Source of the DNA: Caldisericota bacterium
GTDB lineage: Bacteria; Caldisericota; Caldisericia; JAAYUI01
Length of the DNA stretch: 64,000 nucleotides
Reading direction: 5' to 3'
Assembly: GCA_029548865.1 (NCBI GenBank)
Contig: JAKPMO010000004.1
Coordinates: forward strand, 32,001-96,000
In this document: piece after piece, positions 27,847 through 37,501 of the stretch
How the letters are laid out: each line of letters opens with the position of its first letter
Numbering within the stretch: the stretch's first letter is position 1
Position numbers and translations under genes: made by a program
Notes under the pieces: generated by a model
Seen by the model: the letters and a program-made list of their open reading frames with translations, nothing else
The model's database searches: none
Told to the model about the DNA's origin: nothing

Positions 27847-29818
27847 GTTCTTCTCACTCCTTTTTGTCCTTGTTTGTATAATTGCTGGCTCAAGTGCCAG
27901 TGCGGCTTCCAACGAATGGTTTACTTTCAAGGGTGGCTACCTTAGAAGTTCCTATACTCAAGTCTATGTCGAGCCAGAAGTCCAAAAGGTAAGCTGGAAA
28001 TTTAATTCTGGTTCTTCCATATCCTGCTCGCCAGTCACAACTAAGAACTCGGTTTATGATTGCACCGAAAATGGCTATGTATATTGCATTGATGCCAATG
28101 ATGGTACCAAAAACTGGGAGTTCCCCAATAATTCCGTAAAGGATTATGTTGATGACGATGGTAATAGACCATGGCCAAATGGCGCAATAGATTTTCAAAG
28201 GGCAAGACTCACAACCCCAGTAACAGTCTTTGACAACAGGGTCTATCTCCCCTATGGCCAAATGCTCGTTGTTCTCAATGCTGATTCAGGGAAGTTTCTT
28301 TTCAGGGTTGATCTTTCGGGCCCAGGGCACAGGGCAAACATTACAACATCTCCTTTGGTGTCAAAGCTCCACAAGGTCATTATTGTTGGTGCAAGCAATG
28401 GCTGGCTTTATGGATTTGATATTGAAGGCAGGGACCCGCAGATAAGGTGGAGAATGCCTGAACCATCAGGCACCGGGGACCAGATTGAAAGCAGTCCTGT
28501 CCTTCTTGGAAACAATGTGTATTTTGGATCAAATTCGAGGAGTTTCTATTGTGTTGAATTGAAGATCCCTGCTTCCGACAAAGGTGTTAGAACACAGGAC
28601 ACTCCAGAACTGAAATGGGTGACGAAGCTTGATGGGCCCGTTTCAAGCTCACCCGCATCAACTGGCTCAAGTGTCAATACAGCAAAAATAATTGTTTGCT
28701 CAGAAACTGGGAAAATATATGCAATCTCAGCTTCTTCGGGTTCCATAATTTGGACCTACGATGCTGGGGGCAAGATAGATGGCTCACCGGCCATTTCTGC
28801 CAACAACAGGATCGTAATTGCTTCGGCAAGAAAAATCATTTGCCTGGATGAAAACGGTAAACTTGTCTGGGACACGCTTACAACAAAAGAATCTATCTCA
28901 ACGCCATCTATCGGTAAAGATTATGTTTATGTTACCTCCCTTGATGGTAAAGTGTATGTTTTCAGCCTGTCAAACGGTGCCCAGCTGTCAGTCAAGAGAA
29001 CTAGTACCGCAATAAGATCATCACCAGCAATAGCCTACGGCAAGCTCTTTTTTGGCGGGGATGACGGAAACATCTATTCGCTGGAACATGGTGAGGACCC
29101 ACCAACTCTTGCTGTTTCAAAATCAAACTTTTCTTACCAGAATGTAACGCCCAACTCAAAGATTGACAGCAATGATGACCTTTGGGTTGAAAATGTTGGT
29201 GGCGGTGAATTGGATATCGAAATATCGTCATCAAGATCATGGATAACAGTAAATCCTGATAAGTTGACCCTCCAGAGTGGAAAATCCCGCACGATCCAGA
29301 TGATGATAAATACTCAGGGTCTTTCTCCTGGCAGATACTCGGCGATCATTAAGGTTATAACCAATGGTGGTTCGGTCTCAATAACTGTAGATCTCAATAT
29401 AGTACCGGTTCAGGACACAATCATCGTTTTGACTGTTGGCTCCACAAACGCTCTTGTGAATGGTTCCTTCAAGAAAATTGATGCCAAGCCATACAAACTT
29501 CCGAGTGGAACAATCATGGTTCCGTTGAGATTTGTTGCCGAATCCTTTGAATGCCAGGTCATCTGGGATCAGCCAACAAAAACGGTAACGATAATCTATA
29601 ACCGCCGAGGAATAACAGTTTATGTTACCATTGGAAGCAAGACAGCCTTCATTGAATACCGCCGCGGTGGTGGAAAAATACCGATCCTGATGAAGGACCC
29701 ACCGGTTATTGTTGGTGGAAAAACGTTTGTTCCAGTACAATTCATGGCCCAAGCTTTTGATGCTAGGTGGGTAATGATCTCTGCCAGTCAGATAAAGATA
29801 ACGATCAAGGGTTCGTAA
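27824..29818 (+). CDS. Secreted PQQ-like beta-propeller protein with BACON/Ig-like and C-terminal stalk domain
   Basis: Signal peptide; repeated 'W...ISSSP' and 'G.VY.IDA..G' blades; 'WITVNP' BACON-like segment; stalk motif GTIMVPLRFVAE. Confidence 0.8.
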   Translation: MVGHSRFRFFSLLFVLVCIIAGSSASAASNEWFTFKGGYLRSSYTQVYVEPEVQKVSWKFNSGSSISCSPVTTKNSVYDCTENGYVYCIDANDGTKNWEFPNNSVKDYVDDDGNRPWPNGAIDFQRARLTTPVTVFDNRVYLPYGQMLVVLNADSGKFLFRVDLSGPGHRANITTSPLVSKLHKVIIVGASNGWLYGFDIEGRDPQIRWRMPEPSGTGDQIESSPVLLGNNVYFGSNSRSFYCVELKIPASDKGVRTQDTPELKWVTKLDGPVSSSPASTGSSVNTAKIIVCSETGKIYAISASSGSIIWTYDAGGKIDGSPAISANNRIVIASARKIICLDENGKLVWDTLTTKESISTPSIGKDYVYVTSLDGKVYVFSLSNGAQLSVKRTSTAIRSSPAIAYGKLFFGGDDGNIYSLEHGEDPPTLAVSKSNFSYQNVTPNSKIDSNDDLWVENVGGGELDIEISSSRSWITVNPDKLTLQSGKSRTIQMMINTQGLSPGRYSAIIKVITNGGSVSITVDLNIVPVQDTIIVLTVGSTNALVNGSFKKIDAKPYKLPSGTIMVPLRFVAESFECQVIWDQPTKTVTIIYNRRGITVYVTIGSKTAFIEYRRGGGKIPILMKDPPVIVGGKTFVPVQFMAQAFDARWVMISASQIKITIKGS

Positions 29819-30575
29819 TAGAAAAAAATCTCCTTGCGTTTGCCGTTGTAATCTCAGCCATCTTTTCTACTGAACATTTCCTTATATTCGCTAGCCTTAT
29901 TAGGGTATGCCTGATATAGGAAGGCTCGTTTCTTTTGCCTCTCAGGGGCACAGGGGAAAGATAAGGGCAATCTGTCTCAACCATGATGAGGTCTTCTGGT
30001 GCAATGGTGGCTGCCATCTCGAGACGCTCGTTTCTTGGATATGTCAACGGCCCGCCAAAAGAAAGATGGTAACCTCTTTCAAATGCCCATTCTGCCATGA
30101 GAGTGTCTCCTGAAAAACAATGCAGGACAACTGACTCTGGTGAATGTTCTTCAAGCATCCTCATTACATCACCCTGGGCGTCCCTGCTATGTATCACTAC
30201 TGGTTTTCCAAGATTTTTTGCTATCTCGATCTGCTCCGAGAATACTTCTCGCTGGGTTTGCCTGTATGATAGATCACGGTAGTAATCAAGGCCAATCTCC
30301 CCAATGGCAACAACCTTTTCTCTGCCAGATAGCTCAATGATCCAGCTTCTGATCTCGGAGCCCCATTTTTTGGCTTCATGCGGATGGATGCCAACTGTGG
30401 CAAAAATCTCTCTGTTGTTTTGTGCCAGAGATACCGACCTTGAAGATGATTCAAGGTCAAATCCAACATTTATTATCTGGCAAACATCGCCCTCTTTTGC
30501 CCTTTTAAGCACCCTTTCAAACTCGCCTTTGAAATCAGGGAGGTCAAGATGGGCATGAGTATCAATAATTTCCAT
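29805..30575 (-). CDS. tatD: TatD family nuclease
   Basis: IDTHAHL, GIHPH, GEIGLDY, HSRDA, HCFSG and ETDCPYL. Confidence 0.93.
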   Translation of the reverse strand: MEIIDTHAHLDLPDFKGEFERVLKRAKEGDVCQIINVGFDLESSSRSVSLAQNNREIFATVGIHPHEAKKWGSEIRSWIIELSGREKVVAIGEIGLDYYRDLSYRQTQREVFSEQIEIAKNLGKPVVIHSRDAQGDVMRMLEEHSPESVVLHCFSGDTLMAEWAFERGYHLSFGGPLTYPRNERLEMAATIAPEDLIMVETDCPYLSPVPLRGKRNEPSYIRHTLIRLANIRKCSVEKMAEITTANARRFFSITNP

Positions 30576-32500
30576 TATTTGACCATGGAACCTGGGACCA
30601 CCGGACCTTCTGGAGACAGGACAAAAACATTTCCTGTTTCCATGTCGGTTGCGGCAAGGAGCATTCCCTGGGAGATTATGCCGCGCAATTTTGCAGGCTT
30701 CAGGTTTGCAACAACCACAATTGTTTTGCCGATCAGGTCTTCTGGTTTGTAGAATTTTGCTATTCCTGCAGCAATTGTTCTCTGTTCTGTGCCAATGTCG
30801 ATTGTCAGCTTCAAGAGCTTGTCGGCACCCTCAACCTTTTCAGCGCTTAGGATTTTTGCCACCCTGAATTTGAATTTCTGGAAGTCTTCAATAGCCATCA
30901 GTTCTTCATCCTGTTGTACAAATTCGACTTTTTGTGGCTCTGCAGGTTTTTCGGCAGGCAGGTTTTGCTTTTTCTGTATCCTTGGGAACATAACATCAGC
31001 CTTGTTTGTGATCGTTCCTGGTTTGATCTGGCCAAGGGCGAGGCCCGCTATTGTTGGGGGAGTGTCTAGGCCAACTGCGTTTGCGAGTATTTTTGCGGTG
31101 TTGAAAACAAAAGGGTTCACAAGCGCTGAAATTACCCTTATTCCATCGGTGAGTGTGTAGTGGAGATCGGCAAGCTCCTCTTTTTTGCCCTGCTTCACGA
31201 GCTCCCAGGGTTTTTTGACTTCGATGAGTGTGTTGAGTGTGTTGATGAAGCCCCATATTGCCTCGAGCGCCTGGCCAAACTTGAATTCTTCCATGCGCTC
31301 GGTGAAAACCTTCATTGTTTCTGCGAACTTCTCGCTTGCCTCAGACAGAACTTTTCCGTTCGGCACGATGCCCTCAAAGTTTTTCTGGAGCATCTGTTGC
31401 GACCTGTTCAGAAGGTTGCCGAGGTCGTTTGCAAGATCAGAATTATATCTACCCTCGAAATTTGCCCTTGAAAAATCACCATCTTCACCAAATGGGAGTT
31501 CCCTGAACAGAAAATATCTGAAAGCATCTTGTGCCAATTCCTCTTTACACCCCGAGATTGCAACAAGGTTTTCAACCTCAATGTGTGGCTTGACGAAATT
31601 TCCAAGCGATTTGCTCATTTTTTTGCCATCACATGTCCACCAGCCGTGGGCAAAAATGTGTTTTGGTAATGGAAGGCCAAGTGCCATGAGCATTGCCGGC
31701 CATATTATGCAGTGGAACCTTATGATGTCTTTCCCTACGAGGTGAACATCGGCAGGCCAGATATTTTTGAAGCCCTCGGGATTGGATTCAAACCCTGCGG
31801 CTGTTATGTAATTTATCAGCGCATCGGCCCAGACATAAACCACATGTTTTTCATCAAATGGTGCCTTTATGCCCCAATCCACCCCTGTTCTTGTGAACGA
31901 GACATCGCGCAATCCTTCTTTGATGACTGAATAGACCTCATTGAACCTTGCTTTTGGCATTACAAAATCAGGGTTCTCGTCATAATGCTTCAGGAGCTTG
32001 TCCCTGTAGCTAGTCAGTTTGAAGAAGTAATTTTCTTCAGATATTTTCTCGACTGGTCTTCCGCAATCAGGGCATTTTCCATCGACAAGGTCGCTCTCGA
32101 GGAAGTATGTTTCGCATGGCACGCAATACCAGCCCTCATAACTCCCCTTGTAGACATCACCCTGGTCGTAAAGCTGCTGGATTGCTTTTTTGACTGCAGC
32201 AGCATGCCTGGGCTGGGTTGTCCTTATGAAATCATCAAACGAGAGGCCAAATTTTTTGAAATAGTCCTCCCATTGTACTGCAAGCTGGTCAACAAATTGC
32301 TGTGTTGTGAGCCCCTTTTCTTTTGCAGCCCTTTCGATTTTTACAGCGTTTTCATCGGTGCCAGTGAGAAACATGACTTCGCGTCCCATCGACTTCCTGT
32401 ACCTTGCGATAATGTCTGCAGCCATTGTTGTGTACACATGTCCGATATGCGGGTTGTCGTTGATGTAGTAAATGGGCGTTGTCACATAATACTTTTTCAT
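30575..32500 (-). CDS. metG: Methionine--tRNA ligase with C-terminal tRNA-binding (Trbp111-like) domain
   Basis: HIGH and KMSKS motifs, YVW.DAL and NLKPAKLRG..SQGM; SD GGAGG before ATG 32500. Confidence 0.96.
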   Translation of the reverse strand: MKKYYVTTPIYYINDNPHIGHVYTTMAADIIARYRKSMGREVMFLTGTDENAVKIERAAKEKGLTTQQFVDQLAVQWEDYFKKFGLSFDDFIRTTQPRHAAAVKKAIQQLYDQGDVYKGSYEGWYCVPCETYFLESDLVDGKCPDCGRPVEKISEENYFFKLTSYRDKLLKHYDENPDFVMPKARFNEVYSVIKEGLRDVSFTRTGVDWGIKAPFDEKHVVYVWADALINYITAAGFESNPEGFKNIWPADVHLVGKDIIRFHCIIWPAMLMALGLPLPKHIFAHGWWTCDGKKMSKSLGNFVKPHIEVENLVAISGCKEELAQDAFRYFLFRELPFGEDGDFSRANFEGRYNSDLANDLGNLLNRSQQMLQKNFEGIVPNGKVLSEASEKFAETMKVFTERMEEFKFGQALEAIWGFINTLNTLIEVKKPWELVKQGKKEELADLHYTLTDGIRVISALVNPFVFNTAKILANAVGLDTPPTIAGLALGQIKPGTITNKADVMFPRIQKKQNLPAEKPAEPQKVEFVQQDEELMAIEDFQKFKFRVAKILSAEKVEGADKLLKLTIDIGTEQRTIAAGIAKFYKPEDLIGKTIVVVANLKPAKLRGIISQGMLLAATDMETGNVFVLSPEGPVVPGSMVK

Positions 32501-32530
32501 CTTGCACCTCCAAAAATTGATATTCATGTC

Positions 32531-32558
32531 ATTTTATCGGAATTGAGGTGTTTTTCAA
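32531..32558 (-). promoter_or_regulatory. sigma70-type promoter of metG
   Basis: TTGAAA-16 bp-TAAAAT. Confidence 0.6.
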
Positions 32559-32607
32559 CGTTTTATTACAGATTGCCAATCATTCCTACATTCCATTGGT
32601 GGTGGAT

Positions 32608-34875
32608 TTATCTGTGTGGGTGATAAATGCTCCAGTTTTTTATGGCATCTTCTGGCGACTGGACATAATAAGTTTTCTCCAGCAACAAACAATCTCGATA
32701 AATTCTGCAATCATCGTCGTTGCATTCACTGCCTTTAGGGATATTCTTCAATGCAATCTTAGAAAGACCAACCGTTTCACAATTACAAATAGTTCTTCGG
32801 AAAAAATAATTTCCATTCTGTATCTCTTTAACTGAATTAATATGCTCTGGAGTAGGATAATTATATGTAATATCATATATGAATCCATCTTCCCTCAGTT
32901 CCATTCTATGCATTGAACTAAACTTCATCGATGCATGATCCCGTCCAAAAAAATCATCAGGAACTGGTGCGCACCCTAGCTCAAGGGTGCCATAATGGCC
33001 CCTGCCACCGAAAGACCCAAAGAAATATTCAACCGATCCCAATCCTTCAACATCCATCACAAGCTGGTGCAATTGCCCGTTTATTACCGAGAATGTTACT
33101 GTATCATTGGTGTTTTCAGTCGCACCAAAATTCTGGAATTGAAAAACGAAGTCTGTAATCCCATCGCAATTTACATCGCCTATCCCATTGACTAAGATTG
33201 CCATTTCTCCCTCGATCCAGTCCATCAATTGGGTTGGTTTATAATTATTTTTTTCATTCCCAAGTTTGATGGCAGTCATGCATGGCGGGTAATCGGTTAT
33301 AATGAAAATTATATCCTCTGAAACTGGAATTACCATGTAATTCCTCTCATCTGCTATAAATTTGCCTCGATTCCATGTAAGCTCTTTACCTCCAAGCGTG
33401 AAATTCACAAATTTGATGAGATCTCTTTGAGAACTTTCTGGTTTTATCTGTGGCAAATCTTCCTTGTTGTTATAATTTATCTTTGCCATCTCATGTTTTC
33501 CAAGCCTTCTTTCTGGCCAGTAGCTTCCAGGTTCAATCTCCCAGCTCCTGCCTTCAAAAGGTTTATCTTGATATGGCGAATGGATAAAAATCATATTTTT
33601 TGAATCATTAAAAAATAGTAGTTCTTCAACTTCCTCGTAAGATAGAACGGTTTTTTTATTTATAGCTTCCTTCAAAGTTTTCCAGGCATCTTTGTAATTT
33701 GGAAACTTGTTGTATCTAAAATTATCCATATGGAGCCACACTTCACGGTTATACCATTTTTCGTGTTCGTATGAATCTCCTGCTTGCAAGGGTAATGAAA
33801 ATCTGGCAAGTGTTTCGACAATTTCTATTTCCCGTTTTTCTTTGATTTTGCTTGTTAGCGCATTGCGTTTGTATTGATTCAATGGCCCTATCTGCTCAAG
33901 GAAAATGTATTTTTCAAAAGGATTTCTTAGCCTCTCTGGTGTCCACAGCCCTCTCAAGATGTTTGGGAATATATAGGAAACGTCTATCAAATCTTCCCCG
34001 GAGATTTTGACTAGGTGAATTCTGGACTCATAGTCAGGGCATACAAAACCAGCCACAGACCCGATTTTGATCGCCATTATGCAATCACCGGTTCCATACT
34101 CTTTGTATGTTTTAATTATCGGAAAATTATTTTTTTCGTAGATATTGTTTACATTGTTTATATCCACGCTCATTATTAGATCGAATTCTACGGGCCTATT
34201 TCCTATGCCGATTATTTCATATATGTTTTCATCATGTCTGAAATGAACTTCCTCCATCCCATTGTTGTCAATATCGAATATGGAGAAGGGTACCTCTTTT
34301 GTTAATGGAAAAACATTCCTGGACAATTCGTACCAGTAAAATTCTTTCTCAGTGTTCAAAAAAAAGAAAATAAGTTTACCGGAGATTGTTGTGTCAAATT
34401 CGGGCTTGTTAGTGTCCATTGTCCCAAATGGTTGGCCGTTATCAGATGAGAAAAAGCAAACTGCCATGTTGCTCCTGGTCCAATAATAAATAAAAGATTC
34501 TTGAGTTTTACTGTCATTGATCCATTTTAAAATTCCATTGCCAAGTGTGGCCGCTTTGTATTGGCTGTATTCAATCGAAGTTTTGTATTCGTTGTTTTTC
34601 TTTATATTTCCGACATTTTTGTTCTTCCAGTAAAAATCATCTTTTGGGATTTCTGGGATAGCTTGAATACACACTGGAGGATTATTATTAATAGATACCA
34701 AATTAGTTCCGTACATATTTTTTAAAGCATCCAAGTCACTTTTGTCACCTTGCTGTTCTGTTTCGGGGGCATTTTTGCTGTTTTTTTGTATATCATCTTC
34801 CTGCTTTTTTGTCCCAGACATACACCCTGACAGCCCAATTGCCAGAATGATCATAATAAGCGCCAGTTTCTTCAT
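32608..34875 (-). CDS. Hypothetical lipoprotein (AT-rich)
   Basis: Lipobox MKKLALIMIILAIGLSGC after a GGAGG SD; two DxDxxG-like motifs; visibly lower GC than the flanks. Confidence 0.75.
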   Translation of the reverse strand: MKKLALIMIILAIGLSGCMSGTKKQEDDIQKNSKNAPETEQQGDKSDLDALKNMYGTNLVSINNNPPVCIQAIPEIPKDDFYWKNKNVGNIKKNNEYKTSIEYSQYKAATLGNGILKWINDSKTQESFIYYWTRSNMAVCFFSSDNGQPFGTMDTNKPEFDTTISGKLIFFFLNTEKEFYWYELSRNVFPLTKEVPFSIFDIDNNGMEEVHFRHDENIYEIIGIGNRPVEFDLIMSVDINNVNNIYEKNNFPIIKTYKEYGTGDCIMAIKIGSVAGFVCPDYESRIHLVKISGEDLIDVSYIFPNILRGLWTPERLRNPFEKYIFLEQIGPLNQYKRNALTSKIKEKREIEIVETLARFSLPLQAGDSYEHEKWYNREVWLHMDNFRYNKFPNYKDAWKTLKEAINKKTVLSYEEVEELLFFNDSKNMIFIHSPYQDKPFEGRSWEIEPGSYWPERRLGKHEMAKINYNNKEDLPQIKPESSQRDLIKFVNFTLGGKELTWNRGKFIADERNYMVIPVSEDIIFIITDYPPCMTAIKLGNEKNNYKPTQLMDWIEGEMAILVNGIGDVNCDGITDFVFQFQNFGATENTNDTVTFSVINGQLHQLVMDVEGLGSVEYFFGSFGGRGHYGTLELGCAPVPDDFFGRDHASMKFSSMHRMELREDGFIYDITYNYPTPEHINSVKEIQNGNYFFRRTICNCETVGLSKIALKNIPKGSECNDDDCRIYRDCLLLEKTYYVQSPEDAIKNWSIYHPHR

Positions 34876-34950
34876 TCCTGCCCTCCAGGTTCCATATACT
34901 ATAAAGGGTGCCGGTTTGCAATGATAGAGAGACAAAAAGCCCTTGGTTCC

Positions 34951-34979
34951 TTGACTTGAAAGTTGCCCCAAACTACACT
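34951..34979 (+). promoter_or_regulatory. sigma70-type promoter of dnaX (probably leaderless)
   Basis: TTGACT-17 bp-TACACT, 7 nt before GTG 34987. Confidence 0.55.
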
Positions 34980-34986
34980 CTCTTTC

Positions 34987-36579
34987 GTGTCATCGGCATA
35001 TATTTCTCTCTATCGCAAATGGCGTTCGCAGTCGCTGGACGAGATCGTTGGCCAGGAGTTCGCAGTCAGGACCCTGAACAACACGTTCAAGTCTGGAAGA
35101 ATTGCTCATGCCTACCTTTTTTGTGGGCCAAGGGGCGTTGGCAAGACCAGTCTTGCCAGGATACTGGCCAAATCTGTCAATTGTGAAACAGGCATTACTC
35201 CGGCCCCCTGCCAGACATGCCAGAGTTGCAAGTCAATCACTGACGGGACAAACCTTGATGTAATCGAGATCGATGCCGCTTCAAACAGGGGTGTTGATGA
35301 TATAAGGCAGTTGAGGGAAAGGGTGAAATTCGCACCGGTTTCCTCAAGGTTCAAGGTCTACATTATCGACGAAGTCCATATGCTCACGGGCGAGGCATTC
35401 AATGCCCTGCTCAAGACGCTTGAAGAGCCGCCGCCGCATGTGATTTTTGTGCTTGCCACCACCGAGCCGCACAAGATACCGGTCACAATACTCTCAAGGT
35501 GCATCAGGTTTGACCTGAAGAGGATCCCGACTGACATGCAAGTCCAGCTGTTGCGCAGGATTTCTGATGCCGAGGGGATAAAGATTACCGATGATGCCCT
35601 GAGGTTGCTTGCCATTGACAGCAACGGTTCCCTCAGGGACGCCGAGAGCCTGCTTGATCAGGTGGCTTCTTTTACTGATGGTGAAATAGGCACCGAGGAC
35701 ATAGCCATGATGCTTGGCGTGACCGGTGAAAAATTCCTGCACAAGTACCTTCTGCATATTGCAGAGGGCAAGGCCGGCGAAGCGATTGGGTTGGTCAGGG
35801 AAGCATATAAAAATGGCAAGGAGCCGGAGCAGATTTCAAAAGACCTACTCTTGAGGGTTCACATTCTCATTCTCTCTGCCATTGGGGTCTCAAAGCAGGA
35901 ACTGCTCTCAGACTATGCTGTTGATCCAGAACTCATTTCCCAGGAATCATCGTCCTTCAGCTTCAGTTCGTTAAGACTCATAGAAATGAAGCTCAGGGAG
36001 CTTGTATCTCAGATGCGCTATACATTCTCGGCACTGGCTTCCCTCGAGATGACGACACTCGAACTTTCCGATATCGCCTCTGGAGCGGTTTTGCAATTGC
36101 CGGAACAGGCTCCGCAGGCCGTAAAAGAGCAAGCACCAAAAACCCAGATCAAAAAAGAAGATGTGCTTGTTGCTCCGATGAAAGAGCAGACCCAAAAAGA
36201 CCCTGAAGTGAAGCCTTCTGTGGCACAGGATTCCAAACCAAAAGCTGAAACCAGCTCATGCTCCTGCCTTGCAGACAAGGTCAAGGAAGCAGTCAAGGAA
36301 ACTGATATTATTCTTTTTGCCTTCCTGACGAGGCTTCTGGATGTGATAATTGAAGGCAATATTGCCCAGCTTATTTTGCCATCGGATGCCGAATTTGAGA
36401 AAGCAAGGCTTTCGGAGCGCCCGAACCAGGAAAAACTTTCAACAATAGTGTCAAAATTGATTGGGCAGGAAGTCACTGCCAAACCACAATTGCTCAAAGT
36501 GCAGACAAAAAACCTGGCTGAAGATGACCAGGTAAAAGCTGCTTTTGATTTGTTCAAAGGAAAAATACAGGAGAATTGA
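34987..36579 (+). CDS. dnaX: DNA polymerase III subunit gamma/tau
   Basis: LYRKWR, GPRGVGKT, a Zn module, EIDAASN, IDEVHML and TILSRC. Confidence 0.96.
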   Translation: MSSAYISLYRKWRSQSLDEIVGQEFAVRTLNNTFKSGRIAHAYLFCGPRGVGKTSLARILAKSVNCETGITPAPCQTCQSCKSITDGTNLDVIEIDAASNRGVDDIRQLRERVKFAPVSSRFKVYIIDEVHMLTGEAFNALLKTLEEPPPHVIFVLATTEPHKIPVTILSRCIRFDLKRIPTDMQVQLLRRISDAEGIKITDDALRLLAIDSNGSLRDAESLLDQVASFTDGEIGTEDIAMMLGVTGEKFLHKYLLHIAEGKAGEAIGLVREAYKNGKEPEQISKDLLLRVHILILSAIGVSKQELLSDYAVDPELISQESSSFSFSSLRLIEMKLRELVSQMRYTFSALASLEMTTLELSDIASGAVLQLPEQAPQAVKEQAPKTQIKKEDVLVAPMKEQTQKDPEVKPSVAQDSKPKAETSSCSCLADKVKEAVKETDIILFAFLTRLLDVIIEGNIAQLILPSDAEFEKARLSERPNQEKLSTIVSKLIGQEVTAKPQLLKVQTKNLAEDDQVKAAFDLFKGKIQEN

Positions 36580-36586
36580 AGAGAAA

Positions 36587-36889
36587 ATGGGAAACAACAT
36601 GTTTGACATGATAAAACAGGCCTCCCAGATGAAGGCACAGGTAATGAAGATCGAAAAAGAGCTTGCCGCAATGAAAATTGAAGGCGAGTCATCAAAGGGT
36701 GAAGTGAAGATCACCGCATTGGTAAATGGCAAGCTTGATGTCATAGGTCTATCAATCACCGAGTCCGAAGAAACCAAGAAACTTGACATAAAAGATTTGA
36801 CAAAACTGGTTCTTGGCGCAATCACAAAGGCCCAGTCCGAGGCAAAGAACGAGGCCGCAAAGATTGCCCGCAACCTCCAACTTGGATGA
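36587..36889 (+). CDS. YbaB/EbfC nucleoid-associated protein
   Basis: MIKQASQMKAQ...EGES..GEVKI; lies between dnaX and recR. Confidence 0.88.
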   Translation: MGNNMFDMIKQASQMKAQVMKIEKELAAMKIEGESSKGEVKITALVNGKLDVIGLSITESEETKKLDIKDLTKLVLGAITKAQSEAKNEAAKIARNLQLG

Positions 36890-37494
36890 ACTATCCGGTC
36901 AAGGCCTTTCAAGAGCTTGTTGACAACCTCCACAAGCTGCCAGGCATTGGCCCAAAAACAGCCGAAAGGCTGTCTCTGTTTATTTTGGGGATGGACCCGG
37001 AAGAGGCCAGGAAAATCTCTGATGCAATCGGGAAACTGCATGAGCGTGTAAAGCGCTGTCCAGTTTGCTTTAATCTTTCGGATGGTGGTGAATGTCCGGT
37101 TTGCCTTGATGAAAAGAGAGACCATTCAATCGTGCTTGTTGTTGAAGAAGCAAAGGATGTCCTGGCTATTGAAAGGGCTGGTTCATTTTCAGGAGTTTAT
37201 CACGTTATTGGCGGAACAATTAGGCTTGCATCGGGTATTGGGCCTGAAAAACTTAATATAGACGGCCTGATTGCCAGAGTGAGGAATGGTGGGATAAAGG
37301 AAATTATCCTTGCCACAAACCTGACCCATGAAGGTAATTTGACAGCAATGTACATAAAAAAAGAGCTTGACGGGATTGATGTCGAAATCTCCAGGATTGC
37401 CTCTGGCATCCCGATCGGCACCGAGCTTGAATTTGCAGACGGTGTGACCCTGACAGAATCCATAAAGGGCAGGGTGCATCTAACCAAGGAGTAA
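36886..37494 (+). CDS. recR: Recombination protein RecR
   Basis: LPGIGPKTAERL, C4 zinc finger, TOPRIM EIILATN..EG and RIA.GIP.G. Confidence 0.96.
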   Translation: MNYPVKAFQELVDNLHKLPGIGPKTAERLSLFILGMDPEEARKISDAIGKLHERVKRCPVCFNLSDGGECPVCLDEKRDHSIVLVVEEAKDVLAIERAGSFSGVYHVIGGTIRLASGIGPEKLNIDGLIARVRNGGIKEIILATNLTHEGNLTAMYIKKELDGIDVEISRIASGIPIGTELEFADGVTLTESIKGRVHLTKE

Positions 37495-37501
37495 GAAAAC
37501 C

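Noticed and set aside
32501..32607. T-box or SAM riboswitch before metG (also considered for glyQ and asnS)
   Set aside because: The leaders are too short, promoters sit close to the start codons, and no T-box sequence is visible.
34876..34986. SRP RNA (ffs), often found upstream of dnaX
   Set aside because: The interval is short, holds promoter-like elements, and has no SRP domain IV motif.
36148..36160. A6G run in dnaX resembling the E. coli -1 frameshift site (A AAA AAG) that yields gamma
   Set aside because: The phase is wrong: the codons are ATC AAA AAA GAA, giving C_AAA_AAA. I saw no clear downstream stimulatory hairpin.
37495..37501. glmS ribozyme
   Set aside because: Only 7 nt separate recR and glmS.
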